64,000 bases of DNA from Parcubacteria group bacterium GW2011_GWA2_42_14. GTDB lineage: Bacteria > Patescibacteriota > Minisyncoccia > Sungbacterales > GWA2-42-14. The DNA lies in the NCBI GenBank assembly GCA_000998135.1, contig LCCV01000002.1, positions 29,421-93,420 on the forward strand, in the 5' to 3' direction. Shown one piece after another: positions 9,499 through 18,413 of the stretch. The notes below the pieces were generated by a model, which had not been told where the DNA came from, searched no databases, and was given only the letters and a program-made list of their open reading frames with translations. The stretch's first letter is position 1. The number at the start of each line of letters is the position of its first letter. Position numbers and translations under genes: made by a program.

Positions 9499-10587
9499 AT
9501 GAAAAAAGAAATAAAAATAGAACCCAATATTTGTAACGTCTGCCAAGAACCCAGGTTACAATATGCTTTCTCCGCCCACGATTATATCACGGACGAAAAT
9601 TTTGAGTTATGGCTATGTCCCGATTGCCAAGCCATGGCAACCATGCCGCGATTAAATGACGAGGAACTGCAAAAATATTATCAAGGCGTATATTATGGCA
9701 GAAGAAAATCATTCGTTGACCAATTTATTAATAACGAAAGGGTTTGGACCATTAAAAAACTTTACAAAACTTATCTCAAAAATTACTCTTTCGGTCATTC
9801 TGCCGCCAGAGGCGAGCCTCGCCTTCGGCGGGAGCGAGGCGAAGAATCTCATGATACTCTATCAAGCGATAAACCTGAGATCCTTCACTTCGTTCAGGAC
9901 GACAATATGTCGATTTTAGATATCGGCTGCGGGAACGGTTTATTTCTAAATGGCCTTAAAAAAATAGGATGGAAAATTGCCGGAACAGAACTCGCGCCGG
10001 AAAGCCATGTGCATCCTGATATATCGCCATTCGTCTGCAACAAGCCGGTTAACGAATGTACTTTTACCGGAGAATCATTTGACATCATTACCATGTGGCA
10101 TACATTGGAACATTTCATAAATCCGTCTCTGTATCTTCGTGATGCTAACAGAATTTTAAAAAGAAGCGGAGTTTTAATTATTGAAGTTCCCAACTTCAAA
10201 TCATGGCAATTTTTGATAACAGGCAAACACTGGTTTCCACTGGAAATTCCCCGACACCGCACACATTTTTCTCCCCAAGCCATTAAAATAATTTTGGAAA
10301 AAACCGAATTTCAGATAGTGCGGATATCCTACGGAAACTTTTTTTATGATGTTTTTGGGTTCACGCAAAGCATATTAAACTCCTTGTGCCGGCAAAAAAA
10401 TATCCTTTTTAATATCTTAAACGGAAAACTTTCTGCTTCTATCAACGGAGTACGAAGCGTATTTGATGTTTTTATAACAGTAGTACTCACTCCCCCGCTT
10501 TCAATTATCGGCATAATATTGTTTTTTATAGAAATCGCGACAAAACACGGAGGAACTATGCGGATTTATTCCAAAAAAACATCATAG
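9499..10587 (+). CDS. Class I SAM methyltransferase with N-terminal CxxC..CxxC ribbon and an in-frame palindrome-derived insert
   Basis: ILDIGCGNG, WHTLEH, IEVPN, PRHRTHFS; extra peptide GHSAARGEPR...FVQDD before motif I. Confidence 0.88.
   Translation: MKKEIKIEPNICNVCQEPRLQYAFSAHDYITDENFELWLCPDCQAMATMPRLNDEELQKYYQGVYYGRRKSFVDQFINNERVWTIKKLYKTYLKNYSFGHSAARGEPRLRRERGEESHDTLSSDKPEILHFVQDDNMSILDIGCGNGLFLNGLKKIGWKIAGTELAPESHVHPDISPFVCNKPVNECTFTGESFDIITMWHTLEHFINPSLYLRDANRILKRSGVLIIEVPNFKSWQFLITGKHWFPLEIPRHRTHFSPQAIKIILEKTEFQIVRISYGNFFYDVFGFTQSILNSLCRQKNILFNILNGKLSASINGVRSVFDVFITVVLTPPLSIIGIILFFIEIATKHGGTMRIYSKKTS
9794..9903. mobile_element. GTCATTCTG...CAGGA(T/C)GAC palindromic element with a nested 29-bp CCGCCAGAGGCG..GGCGG palindrome (9803-9831), in frame in the CDS
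   Basis: Inverted arms match the intergenic copy at 19945-20010; nested unit matches 11407-11435 and 22595-22624. Confidence 0.88.
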
Positions 10588-10635
10588 CAACACCGAGTGT
10601 TGCTAAACCCATTAAGCAACACTCAGTGTTGCTTA
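10585..10635. repeat. Two GCAACAC.N.GTGTTGC palindromes between convergent genes
   Basis: TAGCAACACCGAGTGTTGCTA and TAAGCAACACTCAGTGTTGCTTA; same motif three times in 37781-38146. Confidence 0.85.
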
Positions 10636-12221
10636 CGGCTAATTAAAAATTTTATTTTAGAAAATACAAAAACTACTCCGGTAGCTACAAAAATGAAATA
10701 AAACGGCGCAAAAGGAACACGATAACGGGCGTTTAGGGCCGCTGAAACAGGCAAGGAAACCAAAACCGTTAAAAATATCAAAGCGATGAGAAAATAAGCC
10801 ATCGCTTTTTGGTTATAAACGCCGTTTCTAACTAAAACCCAAGCTCCCAAAACCGATAAAACCCAAAAAACCAACCAAACAACGCGCATGGCATAAGGTA
10901 TAAGATACTGCCCCTTAAGATACGGCAACATATCGCGCCAGGCCGATGGCCCTTTTTGGAGTAAAAGCAAAGATAGCGGTATTGGAGGGCGCTTGGCATC
11001 GGGCAATAAACGGGAATGATTCAAAATATAAAGCAAATCATCCTGTGTAAATAACGTCTGAACCGAATTCAATTGCACCAAAATAGTTTCTTTGGGATGC
11101 TCTTTTAATATTTCAATCGTGCGCTCTTTTAAAAGCGGAATAAATTTAACATCAAATAATTCATGCTCATCGGCGCGGGAAATATACCCTTCGTTTTTTA
11201 ACTGATTCATCAGGTTCTCCAAACTTTGAATATATGACTTCTGGCTGACTGTTGCATTAACCATGGCCGCCATTCTTGTATACATATTATACCAACCGAG
11301 CGTGGAAAGAGTAAATTGTCCGGAGACCTGTTTATTCCGGTACATCCAAGGAACGACCAAGGCCAAAGCTATAAATAAAAAACAAAGTGCCGGTGCCATC
11401 ATTCTGCCGCCAGAGGCGAGCCTCGCTTTCAGCGGGAGCAATGCTAAAAATCCGGCGTCCGTTGTCGCCCTGAACGCAATGAAGGGTCTAAATAATAAAT
11501 TAAAGACCCTTCGGGCTAAACCCTCAGGATGACGTACCGCGCCAGTTCCTTCGCTAACGCCCAAGATGACGCCGTTTCGACGAACCGAAGATATTACCAA
11601 AAAAATAAAAATAAGCGGAAACGCGTAATAAAAAAACGGGCGAGTTAAGGCGGCGAATCCCGACAAAAAACCTATAACGGCGGCTTTTTTAAAACTAGGC
11701 GTTTCAATATATTGATATATTAAAACAACAGCCAGGACCGTAATAAAAACAAAAATACTTTCGGTATTAAGGGTAAGAGTATGAACCGCTATGTGATAGT
11801 CAAAAACTGTTAAAAATCCCGCTATAGCAGATGTTTTTAAATTATCCGTAATCCTTAAGCATAACCAAAATATAAAAACCGGAACAAATGAATTTAAAAC
11901 GGCCTCAAACAAAGAAGCGGGCCAATAAACGCCGAATAAATAATAAAATAATGAAAGAAAAACAGGATAGCCGGGAGTGCGAAGGGTATGCGGTTCAAAA
12001 GGCAACGAATCGCTTAAAGAAAAACCGTTTCCAAGCGATAAATTCCTGGCCAAGGCCATATAATTATTGGCGTCAATCCAGGCCAAACCGCTCCATTCGC
12101 CTAAACGGAAAAATAAAATACCAAATATAAAAAGACGGACGCCAAGCGCCGTTATAAAAATGACCAGTGCGAGACGAAAATATTTTTTGTCAGAAAAAAG
12201 ATATGAAAAAAGTCCGTTCAC
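10623..12221 (-). CDS. GT-C membrane glycosyltransferase (ArnT/PMT, GT39-like) with a ~58-aa repeat-derived insert
   Basis: D..NY..LA.NL..G.GFS, RTPGYP.FL, TESIF, PWMYRN, RYRVP. Confidence 0.85.
   Translation of the reverse strand: MNGLFSYLFSDKKYFRLALVIFITALGVRLFIFGILFFRLGEWSGLAWIDANNYMALARNLSLGNGFSLSDSLPFEPHTLRTPGYPVFLSLFYYLFGVYWPASLFEAVLNSFVPVFIFWLCLRITDNLKTSAIAGFLTVFDYHIAVHTLTLNTESIFVFITVLAVVLIYQYIETPSFKKAAVIGFLSGFAALTRPFFYYAFPLIFIFLVISSVRRNGVILGVSEGTGAVRHPEGLARRVFNLLFRPFIAFRATTDAGFLALLPLKARLASGGRMMAPALCFLFIALALVVPWMYRNKQVSGQFTLSTLGWYNMYTRMAAMVNATVSQKSYIQSLENLMNQLKNEGYISRADEHELFDVKFIPLLKERTIEILKEHPKETILVQLNSVQTLFTQDDLLYILNHSRLLPDAKRPPIPLSLLLLQKGPSAWRDMLPYLKGQYLIPYAMRVVWLVFWVLSVLGAWVLVRNGVYNQKAMAYFLIALIFLTVLVSLPVSAALNARYRVPFAPFYFIFVATGVVFVFSKIKFLISRKQH
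11398..11570. mobile_element. Composite of three palindromic elements in frame in the GT-C gene
   Basis: Outer TCATTCTG...AAGATGAC; inner GTCGCCCTG...CAGGATGAC (11464-11533); small CCGCCAGAGGCG palindrome (11407-11435). Confidence 0.85.
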
Positions 12222-12226
12222 TCAAG

Positions 12227-12302
12227 CCGTTATTGTCCGAGCTTGTCGAGGACTTTACATTTTACATTAATGTTAACTTCTCGACTCGGCTCGAAGAATA
12301 AC
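12227..12302. repeat. Intergenic REP-like inverted pair (TCCGAGCTTGTCGAGGA / CTTCTCGACTCGGCTCGAAGAATAA)
   Basis: Inverted arms around an AT spacer; right arm recurs at 43374-43408 and near 44150. Confidence 0.7.
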
Positions 12303-12332
12303 CATATTACGCTCGTTTTCGCAGACAAACAG

Positions 12333-13343
12333 TTAAAATAACCTATCTTTCCAAGTAGACGGCGTTTTATCATTTATTATTTCCAGAGCCATGTGATACC
12401 TGAATGGGCGCGCCCCTCTTTCTTTAATCCAATCAATCATTTCCGACAGGCCGCGGTCAAGCGTATAAGTTGTTTTATAATCCAAAAGGCGACGGGATTT
12501 TTCCGCGGAACAAGTGGCGTACTTAACCTCCATCGGCCTATCACCCACATAAACAGGTTTCAGGGATTTAAAATCCATAAGGACTGCTATTCTTTGAGCA
12601 AGTTCGTTGACGCTTACATATTCTTCATCAGGACCGACATTTATCGCCTCACCTACGACATTCGGCTGAAACCCCATTTTTACCAGAGGGTCAACTACGT
12701 CATTCACAAAAGAAAAACCTCGCTTCTGCTCTCCATCGCCATAAATAATGGGCTGCCTCCCTTGTAGCATCAAATTAATCATAATGGACGCCACATTGCG
12801 ATATGGGTCATCATATTTCTGACGGGGACCGATAATGTTATGGGGAATAGCATGCACATATTCCAAACCATGCGCCCTGCACAAACTCTCGGTAACAAGT
12901 TCAGCCGCGTATTTGGCCACGCCATAAGGGTCTTTGGGTTTGGGTGCCATGTCTTCGGTAAAGGGCAAACGCTCCTGCTCGCCGTATCTGGCCATGCTTG
13001 AACAAAAAACAACCCGTTTGACGGAATTGATAACTGCGGCGCTTACCGTGGCCACCGTAGAATTATAAGTATGCTCGGTGATAATATTAGGCGAAAATAC
13101 GGAAAGGCCCTCATGCGGAGCGGCGGCGCAGTGATACACAATATCAACCCCCTTAGTAAGGGATTTCATTTTATCAAAATCGCGGGAATCATCTTTATAA
13201 AATTCCACGTCATTGGAAACATTATCCTCATATCCGCCCAAAAGATTATCCACTCCTACAACTTTATGGCCATCGCGAATAAGCCAATCCGCAAGGTGAC
13301 TCCCTAAAAAACCGGCAACGCCTGTTATAAGAATTTTAGACAT
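12333..13343 (-). CDS. NAD-dependent epimerase/dehydratase
   Basis: ITGVAGFLG, CSSMARYG, YGVAK. Confidence 0.92.
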   Translation of the reverse strand: MSKILITGVAGFLGSHLADWLIRDGHKVVGVDNLLGGYEDNVSNDVEFYKDDSRDFDKMKSLTKGVDIVYHCAAAPHEGLSVFSPNIITEHTYNSTVATVSAAVINSVKRVVFCSSMARYGEQERLPFTEDMAPKPKDPYGVAKYAAELVTESLCRAHGLEYVHAIPHNIIGPRQKYDDPYRNVASIMINLMLQGRQPIIYGDGEQKRGFSFVNDVVDPLVKMGFQPNVVGEAINVGPDEEYVSVNELAQRIAVLMDFKSLKPVYVGDRPMEVKYATCSAEKSRRLLDYKTTYTLDRGLSEMIDWIKERGARPFRYHMALEIINDKTPSTWKDRLF

Positions 13344-13385
13344 ATCTCTAAAAGATTAACGAAATATAAACAAATAGTCAATAGT

Positions 13386-13415
13386 TTGACAAATTAATAC
13401 TAAAAATGTTATAAT
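13386..13415 (+). promoter_or_regulatory. Sigma70-type promoter
   Basis: TTGACA-N18-TATAAT with extended TG, upstream of ORF 13474. Confidence 0.7.
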
Positions 13416-13473
13416 TTAAATAAGGTACTTGAAACTGCAATCATTCCACCAACCACAGAAGAAAGGCGGCTAA

Positions 13474-14013
13474 ATGAAGCCAACTGCGGTGTATGTACCG
13501 TCGCTCTGCCTTACCCATGATGGCTCACGCCTTACGGCGATGAATGAAACGGCTACAAGAAAAGCTGCAAAACTTGTCCGAGACGGTCAGGCAACTCACC
13601 TTATCTTCTCAACTGCTTACGATACGTGGAAACGAGAAGCTGAACTAAAAAAAGATATTGCGGTATCTCTCGATGTCAAACCCAGCGCCATACACATCAT
13701 TCCGTCTGCCACAACAACATATAACGAAACTGCTCAATTGGCAAAATTGATTAATACCCTCGGCATCAATTCACTCATACTCGTTACAGACAAATGGCAC
13801 ATGCCTCGGGCGTCCCTCGCAATACGGATAGTAGTTCCCAAGGTCCAACTCGAAAAAGTATCAATAACAACTCCGTATTATGAACGAACTCACCATCCGG
13901 CAGGAATTATTCCGCAAATTAAAAGTATCCGAGATAGTTCTATGCCATTTTGGATCTTATTTAACTTGTTCTTTTTTATTATCACGCCGATTATGATGCG
14001 GCGGCAAAAATAA
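13474..14013 (+). CDS. YdcF/DUF218-like protein
   Basis: ATTTYNE, LILVTDKWHMPRA. Confidence 0.75.
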   Translation: MKPTAVYVPSLCLTHDGSRLTAMNETATRKAAKLVRDGQATHLIFSTAYDTWKREAELKKDIAVSLDVKPSAIHIIPSATTTYNETAQLAKLINTLGINSLILVTDKWHMPRASLAIRIVVPKVQLEKVSITTPYYERTHHPAGIIPQIKSIRDSSMPFWILFNLFFFIITPIMMRRQK

Positions 14014-14017
14014 TTAA

Positions 14018-14042
14018 ACGGGGTACCAAAAACGGTACCCCG
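14018..14042. terminator. Hairpin between convergent genes
   Basis: CGGGGTACC-AAAAAC-GGTACCCCG. Confidence 0.6.
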
Positions 14043-14056
14043 AAACTATTTATTCG

Positions 14057-14779
14057 CTACACACCATATTTTCCTAAAATATATTTAGCCATTATTCCCA
14101 AAACGTGAAACCCATATTGAATCGGCTTGACGTGGCTTACTTCATCGGCATATTGAGTAGGGATGGGAATTTCCTTGACGCGCAGTCCTTTTTTTGCGCC
14201 GACAAAAAGCATTTCACCGTCAAAATGAAAAGTATTGGAAAATTTTTGAAATGGGATTGTTTCCAATGCTTTTCGCGAATAAAGCATATAACCGGAATGA
14301 TATTCGGCAAAGTTAAGGCCATAAACAAAATTTTCAAGTGTACTTAAACCGACATTAGCAATGAATTTATAAATCGGCATTCCGCCCCTAAGAGCGGCTT
14401 TTTTATCCATCATGCGCGAGCCCTGAACAATATCCGCGGTTTCCCCCTCAAGCGGTTTAAGAAGCTCTGGAAGCATTTCCGGAGCGTACTGGCAATCAGA
14501 ATGGAGCAATATGGCGATATCCGCTCCTTCAGCAAGCGCCCTTAAAAACCCGTCCTTTTGCGCCTTGGCATATCCTTCGTTTTTTGGTTTATCAATAACC
14601 TGAATTTCCGGCCAACGGCTTTGGATTTCTTTTATTTTTTTTGCCGTATCGTCATTACTACCATCATTAACAATAATAACCACAGGAGACTTTTTCCAAA
14701 TTTCTTGAGGAATTCTTTCAAAAACCGAAACAATTTTTGAAGCGGCATTATAGGCGGGAACGATTATATATATGTTCAT
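14057..14779 (-). CDS. GT2 glycosyltransferase (DPM-synthase-like)
   Basis: IVPAYNAA, VNDGSND, HSDCQY; start ATG 14779 (upstream extension is repeat-derived). Confidence 0.9.
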   Translation of the reverse strand: MNIYIIVPAYNAASKIVSVFERIPQEIWKKSPVVIIVNDGSNDDTAKKIKEIQSRWPEIQVIDKPKNEGYAKAQKDGFLRALAEGADIAILLHSDCQYAPEMLPELLKPLEGETADIVQGSRMMDKKAALRGGMPIYKFIANVGLSTLENFVYGLNFAEYHSGYMLYSRKALETIPFQKFSNTFHFDGEMLFVGAKKGLRVKEIPIPTQYADEVSHVKPIQYGFHVLGIMAKYILGKYGV

Positions 14780-14799
14780 TATTGAATTTAGAAGCAATA

Positions 14800-14886
14800 A
14801 TAAACGCAAACGACTACGCAACATTAGACGCAATCCTGCGTTTAATTTTGCGTTATAATCTTGCGTATAATTTTGCTTCTACTTAA
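14800..14886. repeat. ACGCA/TGCGT short-period inverted repeat family; also 28352-28390 and 54775-54872
   Basis: Shared TTGCGTATAATTTTGC and TTTTGCTTCTACTTAA. Confidence 0.7.
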
Positions 14887-16266
14887 CCCAACCACTGCCG
14901 CGAGCATAATCAAGGGCTCAATCGGATATCTTACGCGCCCTTCAATTCCGAATCCGGCTCCAAAAGCCATCACGGTATAATAAACAAAAATAAGGCCGGC
15001 AAGTACCGCAAATGACTTTTGAGAATAATCGCCCGATTTATACAAGGTCCAAATTCCTAAAACGGCGGACATCGCCAAAATAAGGCGCAAAATCTTTCCG
15101 CCCAAAGAAACGAGATAATACGGAGCAGCTATAAACTTAAGCGTTCCATAAAAAGCTTCGCCGATTTTTCCCTGAAACAAAAGCTGGGTTGGCGGAATAA
15201 TATAGACAGGTTTTTCCAACACCGTAAAAAAATAGGTAAGGAAATATGAGTAATTATGAGATGACCAAAAACTTATGGTAGTAAGAATGGCAAGCTTCAT
15301 GGTACTTCCCAAATTTTGCACGGCAAATTCAACGCCCTTTTTTTGCATCACCTCGGCCAAGTTCAAATTGCTTGCCACAACAATGATATCAGTACCGGTT
15401 TCCTCTTTCCATGAATCAATTCTTATTTTCTTTCCCTCTTCGTAGCTTATGCCATCCCGCAATGAAAGGATTGAGGCGCCGTCATAAACATAAAGATTAT
15501 ATGCCTCATGAGAACTCATCTGCCAAAGACCGAAGTGATAATAATTTCTTAAAAACCAGGGGAAAATCATAGCTATAAAAACAGAAAGAAAAATGACGGC
15601 AGCCGTAAAAACCTTCTTTGTATCTGCCCTAATCAACCGCAAATAAAATATAATCGCGGCCAGATACAAAAATACCAAATAATTGGAAACTTTCACATAC
15701 GCCGCCAGCCCCAATGAAATACTTGATAACAAAATATTTGCCGTAAGACCGCTTTTCATTATTCTTGCAAAAAATAAAACGCCGGCCATAAACAAAAACC
15801 CATAAAGCGCTTCGGTCATATAAACAATGCTAAAAATTACCAAATGCGGTTCAAGAGCGCTAAGCAGCGCGCCAGCTAAATTTATTTTGGGGGAAAATTC
15901 CAAAATACGACCGATTCTTAAAATAATTACTGAAACCAGCGACGACAAAAAAATCTGCGCTATTAAAGCAGGCCAAAAACTACCGAACAAAAACATGGAT
16001 ACTGCAAGAAAAAACGGATAACCGGGAACAAAAAGCACATGCGGAGTTAATCCGCCATCACGGCTAAAACCCATTCCCGAAACAATGGAACGCGCCATAT
16101 CAATAAAACCGCCGGAATCGCTCAAATACAAAATTCCTTCGCCATGATTATAAAGGGCAAGAAATAAAGCTATCAGCCTTACTGAAAGCGCAATTCCAAA
16201 AATAATAATTTCTATTTTGTATTTCTGAAAAAAATCCTGTGAAAATGATGCCATAAGAAAAATCAT
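14842..16266 (-). CDS. GT-C membrane glycosyltransferase (ArnT/PMT-like)
   Basis: DS.GF..MA.SI..G.GFS, PGYPFFLA, MTEALY, PWFLRN, RVRYP. Confidence 0.85.
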   Translation of the reverse strand: MIFLMASFSQDFFQKYKIEIIIFGIALSVRLIALFLALYNHGEGILYLSDSGGFIDMARSIVSGMGFSRDGGLTPHVLFVPGYPFFLAVSMFLFGSFWPALIAQIFLSSLVSVIILRIGRILEFSPKINLAGALLSALEPHLVIFSIVYMTEALYGFLFMAGVLFFARIMKSGLTANILLSSISLGLAAYVKVSNYLVFLYLAAIIFYLRLIRADTKKVFTAAVIFLSVFIAMIFPWFLRNYYHFGLWQMSSHEAYNLYVYDGASILSLRDGISYEEGKKIRIDSWKEETGTDIIVVASNLNLAEVMQKKGVEFAVQNLGSTMKLAILTTISFWSSHNYSYFLTYFFTVLEKPVYIIPPTQLLFQGKIGEAFYGTLKFIAAPYYLVSLGGKILRLILAMSAVLGIWTLYKSGDYSQKSFAVLAGLIFVYYTVMAFGAGFGIEGRVRYPIEPLIMLAAVVGLSRSKIIRKIITQN

Positions 16267-16323
16267 ACCACAAAATAATGTTTTTACAATGAAAAAAGCC
16301 CATATTATGGGCTTTAAAATGGC

Positions 16324-16707
16324 TTAAATATGCGGATTTATCCACCAAACAAAGAAAACTGCCCCGGCAAGGTCGGCAAAAAGGTCGCCGGCCGAGTCCC
16401 CCAAAAATTCTTTAATTCGGAAATTCGCGCCAAAAACATTAAAATCATGATAAAACTGATATACTTCCCACAAAAAACCGATGGTTAAAACCATGCCGAT
16501 AATCAGCCGCGCGTCTTTAAAAAAAACCGAGAGAAGAAGGGCTATAAAAATTGACATTAAAATGTGAAAGACCTTATCAATATTGGATGATTCCGAAAAT
16601 TTATCTCCAAGCCGCCAGGAAATAAAGAATAAAATCAAAACACCGAGCAGGAATGCAAGTATTCTCAACCGGCACCTCTTTAAACTTAACCAACGCCCAT
16701 CCTGCAA
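16324..16707 (-). CDS. Small VanZ-like membrane protein (start uncertain)
   Basis: DKVFH, WEVYQ, DLFADLAG. Confidence 0.6.
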   Translation of the reverse strand: MQDGRWLSLKRCRLRILAFLLGVLILFFISWRLGDKFSESSNIDKVFHILMSIFIALLLSVFFKDARLIIGMVLTIGFLWEVYQFYHDFNVFGANFRIKEFLGDSAGDLFADLAGAVFFVWWINPHI

Positions 16708-16777
16708 GAATAGCGCCGGAAACCGATAAAGTCAAAACAAGCATTAGGCAATAGGGCCAAACTTCATTTTTAAAAAA

Positions 16778-16813
16778 TATCCCTCTTATGCGCTTAAGCG
16801 CTTAAAAGGGATA
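16778..16813. repeat. 36-bp near-perfect intergenic palindrome
   Basis: TATCCCTCTTATGCGCTT|AAGCGCTTAAAAGGGATA. Confidence 0.6.
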
Positions 16814-16843
16814 AAATCAAAAAGGCAGAATATTAACGCTTAT

Positions 16844-18331
16844 TTATATCAAGCCGCTGATTTTTTCAAAGATTCTATCAAAATTCCTGACGACATCAAA
16901 AATGGTATTGCCGAAAAGAATGATGAAAACTAAAAATAAAATTTTAAGATTTTTATATTGACCATTTTTAATAAATTTTATAGCTTCCATAATACCTACT
17001 CCGGCAAAAATCGCGAAAAAAGCGTAAGAAGGATAACGATAGCGAGTCTCAACCACAATAAAAACAACCGGCAAAACTACGGCGGCCAGAAACGCTAATA
17101 ACCACATCTTGTTTGTGGTGAAAAACGTGTATGGTAAATCCTTCGACTTCGCTTCGCTGCGCTCAGGAAATAATTTATTGCCTGAACCTGTCGAAGGCAT
17201 ACCTTTCTTTGAACTCCAGATTGCTTCTACAATTCCGTAGAAACCGAAGGTAAAAATAATTACCGACCATAAGGAGGAAAGCGACAAAACGACCGCCTGC
17301 CAAGGACTTCCAAAAAGATACGGCCACCAGCCGGTGGGACGCGCAAAACTAAAATACATGGAAATTCTGAAAAAAGTTATTTTTATGAATTCCAGCGGAT
17401 TAAAAAGTATGAAAATGATAGCTTCTTTTGCCGCCAAACGATCCCCGGTAACCATGTCATAATCATTATATTTAGCGGTAAATTGTATGCGCGAATCGTC
17501 AAGTTCTCCGGACGAGCCGGGGTGATTTCCGGATAAAAGGTCGTCCCCAAACGTTAAACTTGTCGGAATAAAAGCGCCATACACCTTGAAATTGCGGATT
17601 GTCCAAGGAGTCATCACCGCCAGAATGACCGCCGTAAAAATCGCCAAACTGATAAACAATTTCTTTTTGTAAAAAAAATAAATAAAGGGCAAAAAAATCA
17701 AAAGCAAAGGAGTTCTCACAAGAACAGACGCGGCAAAAACAAAACCGAGAAGCGCGGCCAATTTAATGCCCGATTTATCAAGTATGCGAAAAAAAATAAA
17801 AATGGATAACAGCATTAAAAAAATAGCGAGGGTTTCGGCAAGAAGCATGGAACTGCCGATTATTAAATCGGGGTAAAAACCGAATATAACAGCCGCAATT
17901 AAAGCGGCGGCACGCACGTTTAAGGTCGGACCTTCCGCGGAAGGTCCGACCTTTCGCATAATCAAAAAAACCAAAAGAACTGACAAAGCGTGAAATATCG
18001 CCTGCAAGAACCAAACTACCTCATAATGATGCCCAAAAATAAAATAAACCCCCACCAGAAAAAATTCATAGCCCGGGCCTACCCTGCCGATAGAATTATC
18101 TTTTTCAAACGGAAGGTCAAAATTTTGGCGATAACCATGACCATTTAATATATTCACGGCAATACGGTCATAAGCTCCGGCATCAACCGAAGGTTCAATC
18201 TGAAAATAAAAAGAATGGGTCAAAGACAGCAAAAAAGAGGCAAATACAATGCCCCAAAGCAACTTTTTCCAATTCGCATTAACAAAATTCAAAGCACAAA
18301 GCACCAAATCCCAAATAAATTCAAACTTCAA
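16844..18331 (-). CDS. GT-C membrane glycosyltransferase (ArnT/PMT-like) with two in-frame palindrome inserts
   Basis: DAGAYD.IA.NI..GHGY, GPGYEFFL, AETL, PWTIRN, ETRYRYP. Confidence 0.85.
   Translation of the reverse strand: MKFEFIWDLVLCALNFVNANWKKLLWGIVFASFLLSLTHSFYFQIEPSVDAGAYDRIAVNILNGHGYRQNFDLPFEKDNSIGRVGPGYEFFLVGVYFIFGHHYEVVWFLQAIFHALSVLLVFLIMRKVGPSAEGPTLNVRAAALIAAVIFGFYPDLIIGSSMLLAETLAIFLMLLSIFIFFRILDKSGIKLAALLGFVFAASVLVRTPLLLIFLPFIYFFYKKKLFISLAIFTAVILAVMTPWTIRNFKVYGAFIPTSLTFGDDLLSGNHPGSSGELDDSRIQFTAKYNDYDMVTGDRLAAKEAIIFILFNPLEFIKITFFRISMYFSFARPTGWWPYLFGSPWQAVVLSLSSLWSVIIFTFGFYGIVEAIWSSKKGMPSTGSGNKLFPERSEAKSKDLPYTFFTTNKMWLLAFLAAVVLPVVFIVVETRYRYPSYAFFAIFAGVGIMEAIKFIKNGQYKNLKILFLVFIILFGNTIFDVVRNFDRIFEKISGLI
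17131..17205. mobile_element. CCTTCGAC..CTCAGG / CCTGAACCTGTCGAAGG element in frame in the GT-C gene
   Basis: Both halves match intergenic 44265-44329 but in swapped order. Confidence 0.85.
17922..17953. repeat. Perfect 32-bp palindrome in the CDS
   Basis: AAGGTCGGACCTTCCG|CGGAAGGTCCGACCTT, encodes KVGPSAEGPTL. Confidence 0.9.
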
Positions 18332-18411
18332 AATTCAGATATTAAAACTTATGTATTTTAAGCATTTGGATTTTGATATTATTTGGGATTTGGGATTTTA
18401 AAATTGTGATT
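18287..18411. repeat. AT-rich ~7-bp-period inverted element (AAATCCC.../...GGGATTT); copies at 22497-22663, 50333-50456, 59439-59554
   Basis: AAATCCCAAATAAATTCAAACTTCAAAATTCA...ATTTGGATTTTG.TATTATTTGGGATTTG nearly identical here and at 50349. Confidence 0.85.
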
Positions 18412-18413
18412 TA

